This document shows positions 43,428 to 56,836 of a stretch of 64,000 nt of DNA, piece by piece. Within the stretch, counting starts at the first letter, position 1. Every line of letters begins with the position of its first letter. Source of the stretch: Neocallimastix sp. 'constans' (lineage: Eukaryota); the NCBI GenBank assembly GCA_050613775.1, contig JBODTK010000139.1:1-64000 (forward strand). Reading direction: 5' to 3'. The position numbers were made by a program, and so were the translations under genes. The notes under the pieces are model-generated. The model was given only the letters and a program-made list of their open reading frames with translations. It did no database searches and had not been told where the DNA came from.

Positions 43428-43893
43428 AAGAAATTAAATTAAAAATCTATCTTCATTTTTTTTTTCTTTGTTAAAGTTTTTTTTTGAAGCTAGATTTTTG
43501 GAGGAGTGTTAAAAATAACAATTATTAAATTGATTATTAATTTATTTTTAATATTGTAATAACCAACAAATTATATTTGTAACATTCATTAAATTATAAA
43601 ACCAAGTAATGATTTTATTTTTTAAAAATAATTCTTAATTTTAATAAAAGAAGGAACATAATAATAAAAGATATTTTAAATAATCGTAATGTTAAAATAT
43701 ATTTACTATATTTCATTTTATATTAACCAATCAATTAGTTTAATAAATAATATTCATGTATAAAAGCTTTCTGAATGAATATGTTTTTCTTTAGTTCTAT
43801 TTTTATAAAAAATATATTAATAAATAATATAATATCTATAATATAAATAAATTAAACTATTATTTAATTATATGAACATTAATGTATCTAAAA

Positions 43894-43907
43894 GATTAAG
43901 AGTCTCA
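43894..43907 (+). promoter_or_regulatory. PBS complementary to the anticodon arm of tRNA-Lys(CTT)
   Basis: Same GATTAAGAGTCTCA 14-mer directly after the 5' LTR. Confidence 0.8.
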
Positions 43908-44798
43908 ATCTACTAATTGAGTTTGAATTAAAATAAAGTTAAGTTATAATATAAATTAAATTTTTTCTATTTTTACCTTTCAATAAAAAAAAAGAACTAA
44001 TAAATTATTATTTTTATTATTTATTGTATTTTATTTATTACCGAATCAAATCCATAAGAGATAAAGATATTTTTTTTATCTACAATAAATAAAATTATAG
44101 TTAAATTGTCAAATAATAAAATTAATATCATCAAGATGAAAAAATTTATTGTCAACTGATGATATTAATATTAAAAATAAAATAAACATAGTATCATCAA
44201 GATGAGAAATAAATAGTCAACTGATGATACTAATATTAAATTAAATTAAATCTAGTATCATCAAGATGAAAATTAAATAGTCAACTGATGGTATTTAGAT
44301 AAATTTGAAACTAAAATATTATTAATATAAAAAATATAAATAAATTAAAATAATAAAAAAATTAATTATATGTATTAAATAAAATTTTGAATAAATCACA
44401 TTATGTAATATATCAAATATATTAAAATGAAATTATAAAACTAATCAATGAATAAAAAAATAAAAAATCTAATCAAATAATAATCACCTTTTATTTAATC
44501 AAAATTAATAATAAATTAAATAATATAAATGCCTTATTTATTAAAGTTTGGTATTACAATACTAAATGAGATAAAAATAGTAACAAATTAATGAAATCAA
44601 ATTTAAGTAAAATTTAAAATGAGAATTTTTAATATAACAAATTAATACTAATAAATTAATAAAAATTAACAGAATTAAATATTATAATATTTTTTAAAAA
44701 AAAAACTACTAAAAAATTTTTATTAATTGAGATATTAAAAAATAGTTATAATTAATTTAAAATAATAATAAAAATTTAAGATTTCAAAAGTATTCGAA

Positions 44799-47700
44799 AT
44801 GGCTGGAAGAAGAAGAAACCAAGAACAAGTTATCAACCTCACCGGAGAAGATATTACACATAACGGAATAACCTTTAATTATTCCGAAAATTTCAACCAA
44901 ATTACTGAACTAAATACAGAAAACTATCCTGGTTGGAGAAGAAAAATTCTGTATTTGCTAAAAATAAATAAATTAACCAAATATGTCCTTCATCCAATTG
45001 TAAAGAAGTTAAGAAAGAGAAATATAAGAGAAGAATTAACAGATTACCCGGAGGATCAATTTGATAGTTCGTTAGTTTATGAAAAGAACACTAAAAACAT
45101 TGATATAACTAACGACATCACGGCCAAATGGATTATAATAAATGGGCTTGGAGAACAAACACAAAAACTAATAAATGGAAATGAAAAGACCGCTTTTCAA
45201 ATTTGGAACATCTTCCAAGAATCGTTTACCAAAAGCAAGGAAAGAAGAAAAATCGAAATCCAAAACAAAATTGAAGCAATGAAGTTTGACACCAAGACCG
45301 ATATAAATATATTCATTGCCAATTTGCAAAATTTAATAGACGAACTTGAGAAAATTGACAATGACCTTAGTATAAATACAAAAATCGGCATTCTTAATAG
45401 ATGCTTACCCGAAGATCTAAGGTGGATAAACGTCTTTCAACATAAGAGTTGGGAATCATGCTGCACCTACGTTAAGGAAATCATCCCTAATATCGTTTTA
45501 TCTAATTTAAAAGAAAAAAATTCCATTCAGGAAAACAACAATAATGTTCTCTTCAACGCTGAAACAAGAAACAGTAAGAATTATCGAAACAATAATAGAA
45601 CTAAAGGTAAAAGAAAAAGCCTCAAAAGGAGTAGTGGAAGATGCAACTATTGTGGAAGAAGAGGACATTACTTCTATGAATGTAAATTCAGAAAAAATAA
45701 TTTATATAAAAATCAAAACAAAAATAAATTTAATAAAAGAACTAAAAACAAAAGAAAATTTCAAAACGATATTAATTATCTGAACACTAATGATGCCTCT
45801 TCAAGTAATTATGACACAATATACGCAGATGCCTTTACTAAAGATTATAATACAGAAAATAATATTGAATTAAATTACTGTAACGTTGAAAAAGAATTTT
45901 TAAATGAAGATAGTGACAAAAACTTTCTTTCATGTTGGATTTTGGACTCCGGTGCTTCAATCAATATCACAAGCAATCTTAATCTTCTAATAGACATAAA
46001 AAAATGTAATGAAGAAATTAATCTAGCTAATGGACAAATAATTACAGCTGTCCATAAAGGAAAATTTAAGGGGTATGTAAACAACAATGAAATAATACTT
46101 AATGAGGTATACTACTCTCCAGCCATCAATAAAAATTTAATATCCATATGCAAATTACTAAAAGAAAATTACAAAATTGTTTTTAATAATTCAAATAATA
46201 AATCATATGCAATCATTTAAAATAGCAACAATAAAAGAATAGTTAACATCACTGCAACCAAGACTAATACATTTAAAATTTGGTTTTCCAATAATAAAAT
46301 AAATCTCAATAATAATAACAATCAACATAATAATTTAGAAATAAATTTCACTACACCAAATGCAGCAAAGAGATTAAATTTATGGCATAGAAGATTATGT
46401 CATTTTGATATTAGTCATATTAAAAACAAATTATTAAAACTTAATACACCAGTTAATCAATGCCCAATTTGTATGAATTCAAAACTTAAAAATAAACCAT
46501 ATAAGCAAGCAATAAATAAGTCGAAACATATATTTGAATTACTTCACATGGACTTGGTTGGTCCTCTTCCTGAATCACTTTATGGTAACAAATATCTTTT
46601 TACAATCCTCGATGACTATTCACGCTATGGATGGACTTTGTTTTTAAAATCTAAAAGTGACACCTTTAACTCATTTTACAATTGGTTTTTAAGTATTAAA
46701 AATAAGTATAATACTAGAATTATATATATTCGAACGGATAATGGTACAGAATTTTGCAATAATAATTTTAATTTATTCTTTAAATCTTACGGTATTAAAC
46801 ATCAACTAACTGTACCATATAACCCACAACAAAATGGAAGGGTGGAACGTTTCAATGGCACCCTAATTAACTCCGCCAAAGCTATGCTAAATGACTCTAA
46901 ACTTAATCACCAATTTTGGGAAGATGCTACCTCTACGGCTAACTATATACATAATCGCATTCCTCACAAAGGAATAAATATGAAAATACCATATGAAATA
47001 ATTAATAAAACAAAGGTCAACTACTCAAATATTAAAGTATTTGGATGCAAGGTTTATTTCTTTATTCCTAAAGTCCTTAGGTCTAAATTCGATAACAATA
47101 CTAAACCAGGTATTTTTCTAGGATACTCTGAAAACCCATCAGCTTACAAAATTTTAGATATTACTACTAATAAAATAATCCTATCTCGATCTGTTGCCTT
47201 TTTCGAATCCAATCCTGGAAACAGTTATCTTAAAGAATGCTCACCTGAATTTTCCAATTTTATTCCGGATCACGAAATCAGGGGAGATAATACATATAAT
47301 ACATATTATAATAAAAATACATACGATACCAATACATATAACATTAATCATAATATTCAACAAAGATTAAATAAAATTGATTATCCAGGTTCTAATGAAT
47401 TTTTTAATTCAGAAAACATCCTAAGTAATTCACCAATATTAAATAATAGCAATATACAAAATATATACGAAGATATAATCAATAAAAATAATTCTAAGAA
47501 TAAAAGAAAATATAACAAAAAACAAAGAAATAATAATCACAGTAATAATAATAGTAACAATAACAATGAAAATATCAATAATGATAACCATAACAATAAT
47601 TTCATTAATAATAATACAAATAATAAAAATAATATAAACAATAATAATAATAATAATAATAATAACATAACCAATAATAATTTTATCAATAATAATAATA

Positions 47701-49613
47701 CAAATAACGGTAATGATAATAATACAAATAATAGTAATAATAAAATTAGAATTAATAATAATAATATTGAAAATAATAATAATAATATTGAAAATAATAA
47801 TAATAATCAAAATAGAGAAGATACTAATAATAAAATAAATGATAATACAGCCAATAAAACAATCAATAACAATAATAATATTGAAAACAGTAGAGTAAAT
47901 GACAACACAATTATCAATAAAAATTATATTCAACGTAATGAAAACGAAATTATAAATACTTTATTGACTAATAATAATTCATTTAAATTAAATAATATCG
48001 AGACCAATAATAAAAAAAGAACTATGAATGTTATAAATGAAAGTAATAACAAAAGAAGAAAGACAACAAATACCTTAAGAGAACCAGAAAATTATAAAGA
48101 CATTCAAAATTTAATTGATAGAAAAGAGTGGATTAACGCAGTAAATGAAGAATTAAGCAATATGAAAAACTTAAATGTATTTAATACAATTAAATATATA
48201 CCCAAAAATGCCAATGTAATTTCCTCACGATGGATTTTCAAATATAAAAGAAATGCGAATGACGAGATAACAAAAAGAAAGGCAAGATTGGTAGCACGAG
48301 GTTTTACCCAAGAATTTGGAATAGACTTTCATGATACTTTTGCATCAACGTTAAAACACGACTCTATCAGAATTTTAACTTCAATTGCTGCCCAAAATAA
48401 TTTTAATATAGAACAAATCGATATAAACGCTGCTTACCTTAATGCCAAGTTAAGTGAAAATATTTATATGAAACCTCCAGAAGGTCATCCAGATTTTAAT
48501 AGAAAATACTGGAAATTAAACAAGGCTATATATGGTCTGAAACAAAGCGGGCGAGAATGGAATAAAGAAATCAATAAATTTTTAACTAAAATAGGACTTA
48601 GAAGAATGGTAAGTGAACCATGTATTTATGTAAAAAACGATAAAAATAAAAACATTTTATGTATCGTAGGTATTTATGTTGACGATATTTTAATCGCTGG
48701 AAAAGAGAATGAAATTAAATGTATAAAAGAATATTTCAAAAGAAAATATAAAATAAAAGAAATTGGCGACGTGGATTTCGTTATCGGAATCAAATTTGTT
48801 AAATACAAAAATGGATATTTTATGCATCAAAGAAGATACATTATAGAGGTTTTAGAAAAATTCAATATGAATAATGAAAAACCATTAAGGAATACAAAAC
48901 CAATTACGGACGACAAACTTAGAAATATAAAGTTTAATCAAACTACTTACCGAAGTGCAATAGGAAATTTACTCTACATTGCTATATGCACCAGGCCTGA
49001 TATTCTATTCTCGGTAAGTAAAGCAGCACGAAAATCAAATAATCCGAATATGGAAGACTGGAACAATGTCGTAAGAATACTAAGATATCTTAAAGGAACA
49101 ACGAATTACGGGATAAACTATACAAGGAAACTAGAAATAGAAGCCTTTGTTGATGCCGACTTTGCAGGAGACACTGAAACCAGAAGATCAACAACAGGTT
49201 TTTTAGTAACCATGGGCAACGCACCAACTAGCTGGTGTTCCAAGCTACAACACTGTGTGTCAACATCTACTGCAGAATCGGAGTATTATAGTCTGAGTGA
49301 ATGTGGCAAGCACTGCATTTGGTATTTAAACTTAATGAAAGAATTATATTATAATATTAAATGTATTAAAATAAAAATAGATAACAAAGCTGCCATGTTC
49401 AATAGCAAAAATCAATCCATTAATCCGAAGACAAAGCATATTGATATAAGAATTCATTATATTAGAGAAATAATAAATAAAAATTTTATAAAATTAGAAT
49501 ATCTTCAATCTCAAAATAATTTGGCCGATGGATTCACTAAATATCTAAACAACACCCTTATGGAAAAATTCAGAAATTCTTTGTTATATAAAATTGAGGA
49601 TTTAAAATTTTAA
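44799..49613 (+). pseudogene. Copia gag-pol polyprotein, single frame with one nonsense codon
   Basis: ORFs 44799-46220 and 46473-49613 share a frame, and the gap is open (LWHRRLCH..CPIC). Only TAA at 46218-46220 interrupts. All copia motifs present. Confidence 0.95.
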
Positions 49614-50112
49614 TTCTAAAAATATAGTTAAAATTAAACAAATGTAACATTGAAACGAAATTACATTTGAGGAGGAGTGTTAAAATATATTTATTATATT
49701 TCATTTTATATTAACCAATCAATTAGTTTAATAAATAATATTCATGTATAAAAGCTTTCTGAATGAATATGTTTTTCTTAAGTTCTATTTTTATAAAAAA
49801 TATATTAATAAATAATATAATATCTATAATATAAATAAATTAAATTATTATTTAATTATATGAACATTAATGTATCTAAAACGTAAAATTAAAATAAATA
49901 AATGTATATTTTTACTGAATAATGTGTTCTATTTTTAATAACTTAATAATGATAATTATTTATCGAAATATATTTTTGACAATTTTTATTTTATTTTATT
50001 TTATTTAATTTTATTTTATTTTATTTTATTTTATTTTATTTTATTTTATTTTATTTTATTTTATTTTATTTTATTTTATTTTATTTTATTTTATTTTATT
50101 TTATTCAATCTG

Positions 50113-52518
50113 TAATTATTAAGATTATTAAATAAACACAATAGGTAAATAAGTTTGTATTTTTCTAGCATTTTTTTAAATTAAGATTATTTAATTTTTA
50201 TTTAAACGATTATAAATATAAATTTAAAATAAATAAATTTTTATTTTTCTAGCATTTTTTTAAATTAAGATTATTTATATTAAATTAATATTTATATCGT
50301 TTAAATCAATTAAACATTCTTTCCATAATTTAATTAATTCATTTCTGTTGCATCCATTATAAAATAAATTTATTTCCTTACTTTTGTAATTTTCAATTAA
50401 AATTTTAATTTCATCAGTTGCACTAAATATTTTTTGCTTTTTTTTTCCAATTTCCTTTAGTTCTCCTTTGATAATCATTATAAAATAAGTTTTCTTCTTC
50501 TTTTAATATATATATTAATTTATAAAGTAAAGGTTTATTTGGAAATATATTATTTAAGTAGCTATTATAAGATTCTGATGCATTGTTTGTTAAATGCTCT
50601 ATATTTTCATAATAATTCCAATTATTAACATTATACTTAAGTAAATAATTTTTATTAAAATATTCTAAAAATTGCAGAAAATTATTATACTTTTTTTTTT
50701 GACAAATTCTTTTTATTATTATATAAATATCAAATATATAGTTAGGGTTTATAAACGGTAAGTTCGAAATAGCTTTATAATAAATATATACATCATTATT
50801 ATTCTTCACTTCATGATAACATAATATATTTTTTTGTTTTTCTAATGATCTTTTGTAATGCCAAACACAATATTTAATATTTATATTGGGAAAAACTTTT
50901 TTTGCGGCATTAGATATACCTTGTTCAAAATCACAATGAAAATTAATTGTAATAATTAATGTTTTACTCCTAAATTTATTTGCATTTTTTTTTTATTTCT
51001 TTAAATAATGTTTCATATGTAGATTGTTTTTTATTTTTTAATATAGAAATGGAAGTAGTGTAAAACATATTAAATTCCCCAACATAAGTTCTTGTTATAA
51101 ATAATTAATAACTAAATTTCGGTGCTGCATAAAATGTACCGTCCGCAAATATATTTTTATGATAATTCGAAAATAAATATGCTTGGAATTGTGATTGAAA
51201 GATTATTAGATCTGTATTTTTAAATATCATAAAATTTTCATTTCTTTTAGTTTTATAATATTCTGATTCAATGGGAATATCATCAAAACTTTTTATGTTT
51301 GGAGGAAATTGTTTATTTATATTTCTTATTATTTGGGATCTAATTGTACTATATTCGGGACATATAAGTCCCATTTCTTGAGAAACGGCATTAAATATAT
51401 GTTTAGGTTTTATATCCATAGGAATTGAATTTTTCTTAATTTCTTCCTTAATTTTATGCTTTGCTACTGATATAGACACATCAATTTCTTTTTCGAGACG
51501 GTTATGTAAACTTTCATATTTTAAAACCTCCTTTTTATCATTTAAAATAATTAAAGATTTACATTTATTTAAAGTCTTATATTCAGTGCATCTATAAATT
51601 TTTGATTTATCGTTCCTTTGAAATGAAAAATTAAATTTGTATTTTTTATTAATAATAATTTGTTCATTTCCTCGATTTGTTTCACTTATTTCAATTTCTA
51701 TATTGTCTTCCATTAATAATTAAAATTTTTCAATAAAATATTTTAATAAATATACTTTTAAATGCTTTAAAACTTTTTTTTTTTTTTAATATTTAAAATA
51801 ATAAACCTTTTTTTAATTAATTATATAATTATTTAAATAATTATTTAATTATTAATTATTTATTATTTCTTTATTTACTATTTTATTTATTTATTTTTAT
51901 TTTTATTTTTTATTTTTTATTTTATTTTATTTTTTTTATTTTTTAATGCTTAAAAAATAAATTTTTATTTATTTATTTTATTTTTTAAGCATTAAAAAAT
52001 AAAATGTTTATTTTTATTTTATTTTTCGATGTTTAAAAAAAAAGTTTTCTTATTTCTTATTTTTATTTTATTTTTTAATGCTTAAAAAATAAATGTTTAT
52101 TTATTTTTTATTTTATTTTTCAATGTTAAATAGAAATACCTAACCTAATTATTATTTATTGAAGTGTTGTATTTCGCCAAAAGTTGAATTTCGTCCAGTT
52201 GAATTTCGCCAAATTCTTGGTGGCTTATAAATTTTCGTCATAAAATATCACCACATTTATTATTCAAGCCATATTGTGAATATATGGCTTTTTAAAAATT
52301 CTAGAAAAAAGCCACAAAATCATGATACAATTAGATATACGCCCCACGTAAGATAATGTGTTTGAAAATTTTTGAGAATTGTAATTTTATTTATTTAATT
52401 AATTAATTATTATTCATTAAATTTTTAATAAATTAAGTGGCTTAAAATTAAAAATATTTAAGCCATACAACAAAATACAAATTTTTGTAATAAAAATTTT
52501 CGAAATGCACACTTCCCC
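50113..52518 (-). mobile_element. MULE 2 (5' end at 52518; far end not found)
   Basis: Terminus GGGGAAGTGTGCATTTCGAAA on the minus strand, with GCCAC/GTGGC subterminal motifs at 52160-52518; AAA-array sequence resumes at 52519. Confidence 0.75.
50275..51713 (-). pseudogene. Second MULE transposase, disrupted
   Basis: ISETNRG..YRCTEYKTLNKC..FADGTF, HCDFEQG, CVWHYKR, TNNASESYN; stop at 51105 and frameshifts. Confidence 0.9.
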
Positions 52519-54605
52519 TATATTTTACCAATCATTTTTTCTTCTTTAATACGTAATTGTATAAAATTTACGTATTAAAAAATGTATTAAAAATTTTAAT
52601 ATATTAAAAAATTAATGAAATAAAAAAATTTTATTTTGGACAATGTTTTTAAAGAAAATAAGATATACTCTTTCATTAACATTTACTTCTTCAATATAAT
52701 ACTTTATTTGAGCATGAAAGTATGCTTAAATTATTATAACTAATTTTAAAATATATATTCAATTTTTTCCTTTGGAATACTTTCAATCAGGTGTAATTTT
52801 CTAAAATTTGCGACATTATTTTGACATTTTTAATTAATGTCACTTTCAACATTTCATTGGAATATTCTATCAAATCATAAAAATTTGTTTATCACTTCTT
52901 TTTTTTGAAGTGTATATAAATTTATTACAATTATTTATTTCGAATGTTTCTCCAACACATAATATCTAATTGAGTTTCTAAAGAGGAATTTTAATTCCTT
53001 TTGGTAGCATGACCAAATAGAGCGATATGGACTCTAGTACTCCTTGCTTGTTTAACTGTTTTTTTTATAGCATTGGCGCTCCTGATAACTGTGTTTTTAT
53101 GTTTACTAAATAGGAATCATTGGTGATTCGAAACAGTTAGGAATCCAACTTCTTGAGAAAACAGCGGTTTTCTTAAAAAGAAATTATGTCTGATGTAGTT
53201 TAAGTATTTAATTTGACATCCACAAAGGTTATTCCAAGAGGTTTTATTTTTATTTCTTATATTTTTGAGTCTTCCACCCTTAAAGAGATGAAAAATTTTG
53301 GAAATACACAATAATAATAATACAACTCCAAAGTTTCAAAATATTCTGTTTAAAACAATATTTTTTTTTTTTTTTTTTTTTTTTTTTATTTATTTATTTA
53401 ACGGCAGCAAACTTGATTCATCTTTATTAATTAAATATTAAATAAATTATGTAATAAAAAGAAAAAAAGATAAAAAAAAAAAAAAAATAAACAAAAACAA
53501 ACACAAAATAAAATAAAATAAAATTATGGTTTAAAATATTCTAGTATCATTTAATTAATATCTGTAAGACTTCACTAGGGCATTTTTAAAACAATATAAA
53601 ACATCAGTTTCAGTTTCAACAGTCTTCTAGTATTTCAATTTACTATCTTCGTACTAGAAACCACTTTAAAAAGGATAACCATAGATTTTCATCAGAATCA
53701 CAGAAAACTGTAATTAGTACGCCTGATAAAGGCTATTCCTTTTCCATTCAACCCTCCATGAACCTGGAAAAGCAGTCCATATCATTATGGATATTTTTTT
53801 ATTTAATTAATTTTTTTTTTTTTTTATCTTTTGTTAATGATTTACTAGAAAATTTTTTTTTAATTTTTATTATTGAAAACTCAATATTATTTACTATTTA
53901 TTTATTATTTTAATAAAATGTTAAAATATTACATAAAATAAAAAAATTTTTTTTTTGTAAAATCACAAACGTTACTTTATTTTTATTTATTACATAATTA
54001 ATAATACATAAGTTTATAAAGATTATAAAAAATTTAAGAAAAAAAATAAAAAAAAAAAATATATTCATAAGATAAAATAATGAAAATATTGGAAACATTA
54101 AAATATGATCGAGCTTTGAATGTACGACACAGGTTAGTGATTAATTAAAGTCATTCACTTTACTGAAATTTGTAAGAATGTAAAAGTTTGGAATTGAGTT
54201 TTAATTTTTTTTTTCTAATATCAAGAATCGCAATACATGAGAATTTATTATTATTTGTTTTCTTTGGCGTATTTCTTAAAGAGAAAAAAATAAATAACCA
54301 TTTTATTTCTTATCACAGAATCCAAATCGCTTAGGTCTGATGATTCCATTTGAAATAATAGAATCTTTTAATATTTTGGCTATTTTTTGACTTTAATTAA
54401 AAAATTTTATATAATATAATATAATCAATAAAAAATTTTTTTTATTTATTTCTTGAACATTTGAGTAGTTATTTCTTTTTTATTAAATAAATTTATTAAT
54501 TATTATATTATAAAATTTTTATTATATATAAAAAATTTCATTTATTTTAATCATTTTTTTATATATTATTTACAATTTAAAAATTTCTTTATGATCTTAA
54601 GTGTA

Positions 54606-56383
54606 TTATAAATTAATTTTTTTAGGGTTTACGACACTACTTCTCAATCTTTTATATATACCATCAGATTCAGGCTCATTTCTCCTTTTCCTTTCAGCTT
54701 CTGATTCTGATGTTGATAATTTTTTCATATTTATATCGTATTCTTCTATTACGCAACTATATTTTACTTTTTTCTGGTCGTAATTTATTCCAATTAATAA
54801 AATATTTCCATAATATCCTTTTTTTTTTAAACCATTATAATACTTTTTTTGATGTATTTGCTTAATAGCTTCTTTTGCTGTACTATTCACTTTTAATTCA
54901 ATTATTATAATTTCTCCATTTACTTTATTTTTTTCTTTGGGAAGAAAAATAACATCCGCTCTTCCGTGACCATCGGGTGATTCTTCTTTAATATCATACT
55001 TCGCTCGTGCATTAAAATATGAATAATCTATAACACGTTTTAAATTTCCATGATCTAGTCTATCCCCAGGGCTAATTTTTTCCATGTGTGATTTATCTAA
55101 AATTTCACACATTCTTTTGACATTTTTATGTAATGTCACTTCTAACATTTCATCCGAATTCTTTATCATATCATAGAAATATTGCATATCACTTTTTTTA
55201 TCATTTAAAGCTTTTATAAATTCTTCCTTCAATTCTTCATTTGGAATGGATATTTTTCCATCATAGTATGTTAAATATCCAAAAGTAACCATTTTTGAAT
55301 AAAATATTTCCTTTACATGTTCTTCTTCTTCTGATACTTTTCGGATATCTTCTACTCCATAATTTTCTAATTGAATTTCAATTTCATTACCATTAATCAA
55401 TTCTAAAATATCTTCTTTTACACCAACGATATCATAATTAATCATTCTTTTCAGCTCATTGAAACTTCCCGATTGTGACCAATAATTTTCAATGATATTC
55501 GAATTTAATGCATGAATAACTGACCATGTATTAAAAATTTTTTTACCATCATACGATTTATATCCATTATACCAGCTTTCTAAATCCTTAAAGGTTAATT
55601 TTTTATTTTTACTACATAGCTTATTAACTTCTTCTTCAGTAAATCCAAAATATTCAAAATATTTTTTATCATTTAACATAGTATATTCCCTAAAACAATT
55701 TAGTGTAGATTGAGATAATTTCTTTGCAATTGGTGTTATTCCTGTCATATAAGCAAAGGCTAAAAAAGAATTATCCTTAATTAAATACTTTAAAAATTCA
55801 ATATAATCGTCGCATTCATCATCTGTAAACTTTTTATTGGTGATTATGTAGTCCCATTCATCAATAACAAGAATAAACTTTTTATCTGTTTCTAAATATA
55901 ATTTTTTTAAATTATAAACTATATTATCTTTATATGCATTTAATACTTTAGAATTAGGGTATAGTTCTTCAATATCTGTTTTTAATTCCATATTAATTGA
56001 AGATATGAATGCGTCTAAAGTTTCGAAAGAAAAAACATTCTTTGATAAGTCTAAATATATTGTATGATATTTTCCTTGATATTCTTTATATTGTTTAATT
56101 TCGTTTTCTTTCTCTTTAATATCAGAACTTTTTCCTTTGGATACTTTTAATTTATCAAATATTTCTTTAGAATCAATACTTTTACTATAATACATTACTA
56201 ACATTGCTGCTATTGAAGTTTTACCAAATCTTCTTGGTTTTGTAATACATACATATTTAGAAGATTCATCTTCAATTAATTTATTAAAATCATTTATTAT
56301 ATTTGATTTATCTACAAAATATTTTTGCCTAAATATTCCTTTAAATTTTTCACGCATATCAATGTTATCTATAACTAACCCCA

Positions 56384-56384
<1 letters not shown>
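54606..56384 (-). CDS. AAA-ATPase-like (PF09820-type) + PD-(D/E)XK nuclease (PF08011-type) protein, intact, intronless, 592 aa
   Basis: FVDKS, Walker A ITKPRRFGKTS, Walker B ILVIDEWD, MTGIT, YFGFTEEEV, WYNGY, GRADVIF..IIIELK..AIKQIHQKKY..LIGINY. Family assigned from recalled motifs, not a search. Confidence 0.92.
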
Positions 56385-56416
<32 letters not shown>

Positions 56417-56836
56417 ATATATATTAATTAGAAACTCATTAACAAAAGAGTAAGTACATTAGCAAAAAAAAAAAAATAAATAAATAAATAAAATAAAACT
56501 TTTTTTATTTTTATATTCACAACTTTTCAAATAAAAATTAAAATATTAATAATAAACTATTTTTTTATTGAAATAATTTAATTTTCTTATAAAATAATAA
56601 AAAATATTAATAATATATATTAATAATCAAACAATATCAAATTAAAAATTGAATATAAATAAAGTATTAATTATTTTTAATATTTTTTACCAATAATTTT
56701 TTTTTCCTTTATTAATAAAATACGTAATTGTATAAAATTTACGTATTAAAATAAATGTATTAAAAATTTTGGTATATTAAAAAAATTAATGAAATAAAAA
56801 TTTTATTTTGGACAATGTTTTATTTAATTTTTTAAT

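Larger units (their letters stand above)
43690..49881 (+). mobile_element. Ty1/copia LTR retrotransposon 2, nested in the 3' LTR of element 1
   Basis: LTRs 43690-43893 and 49678-49881 (204 bp, 3 mismatches seen); TSD CGTAA at 43685-43689 and 49882-49886; PBS at 43894; PPT GAGGAGGAG at 49669-49677. Confidence 0.97.
37287..49981 (+). mobile_element. Ty1/copia LTR retrotransposon 1 (3' LTR split by element 2)
   Basis: 5' LTR 37287-37564 (TG..CA, 278 bp); 3' LTR 43507-43689 plus 49887-49981; 4 mismatches seen. PBS at 37565; PPT GGAGGAG before 43507. Flanks TTTTT / ATTTT (TSD blurred by a T-run). Confidence 0.95.

Noticed and set aside
46218..46220. Programmed gag-pol stop-codon readthrough in copia 2
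   Set aside because: The TAA lies downstream of the protease active site, not at the gag/pol boundary, and copia 1 has TAT (Tyr) at the equivalent position; a simple nonsense mutation.
47530..47900. Asn-rich (AAT)n stretch as a separate gene or domain
   Set aside because: In-frame low-complexity linker between integrase and RT, expected from the AT bias.
50741..50750. GTTAGGGTT as another telomeric motif
   Set aside because: A single unit inside the transposase coding sequence (INPN); coincidental.
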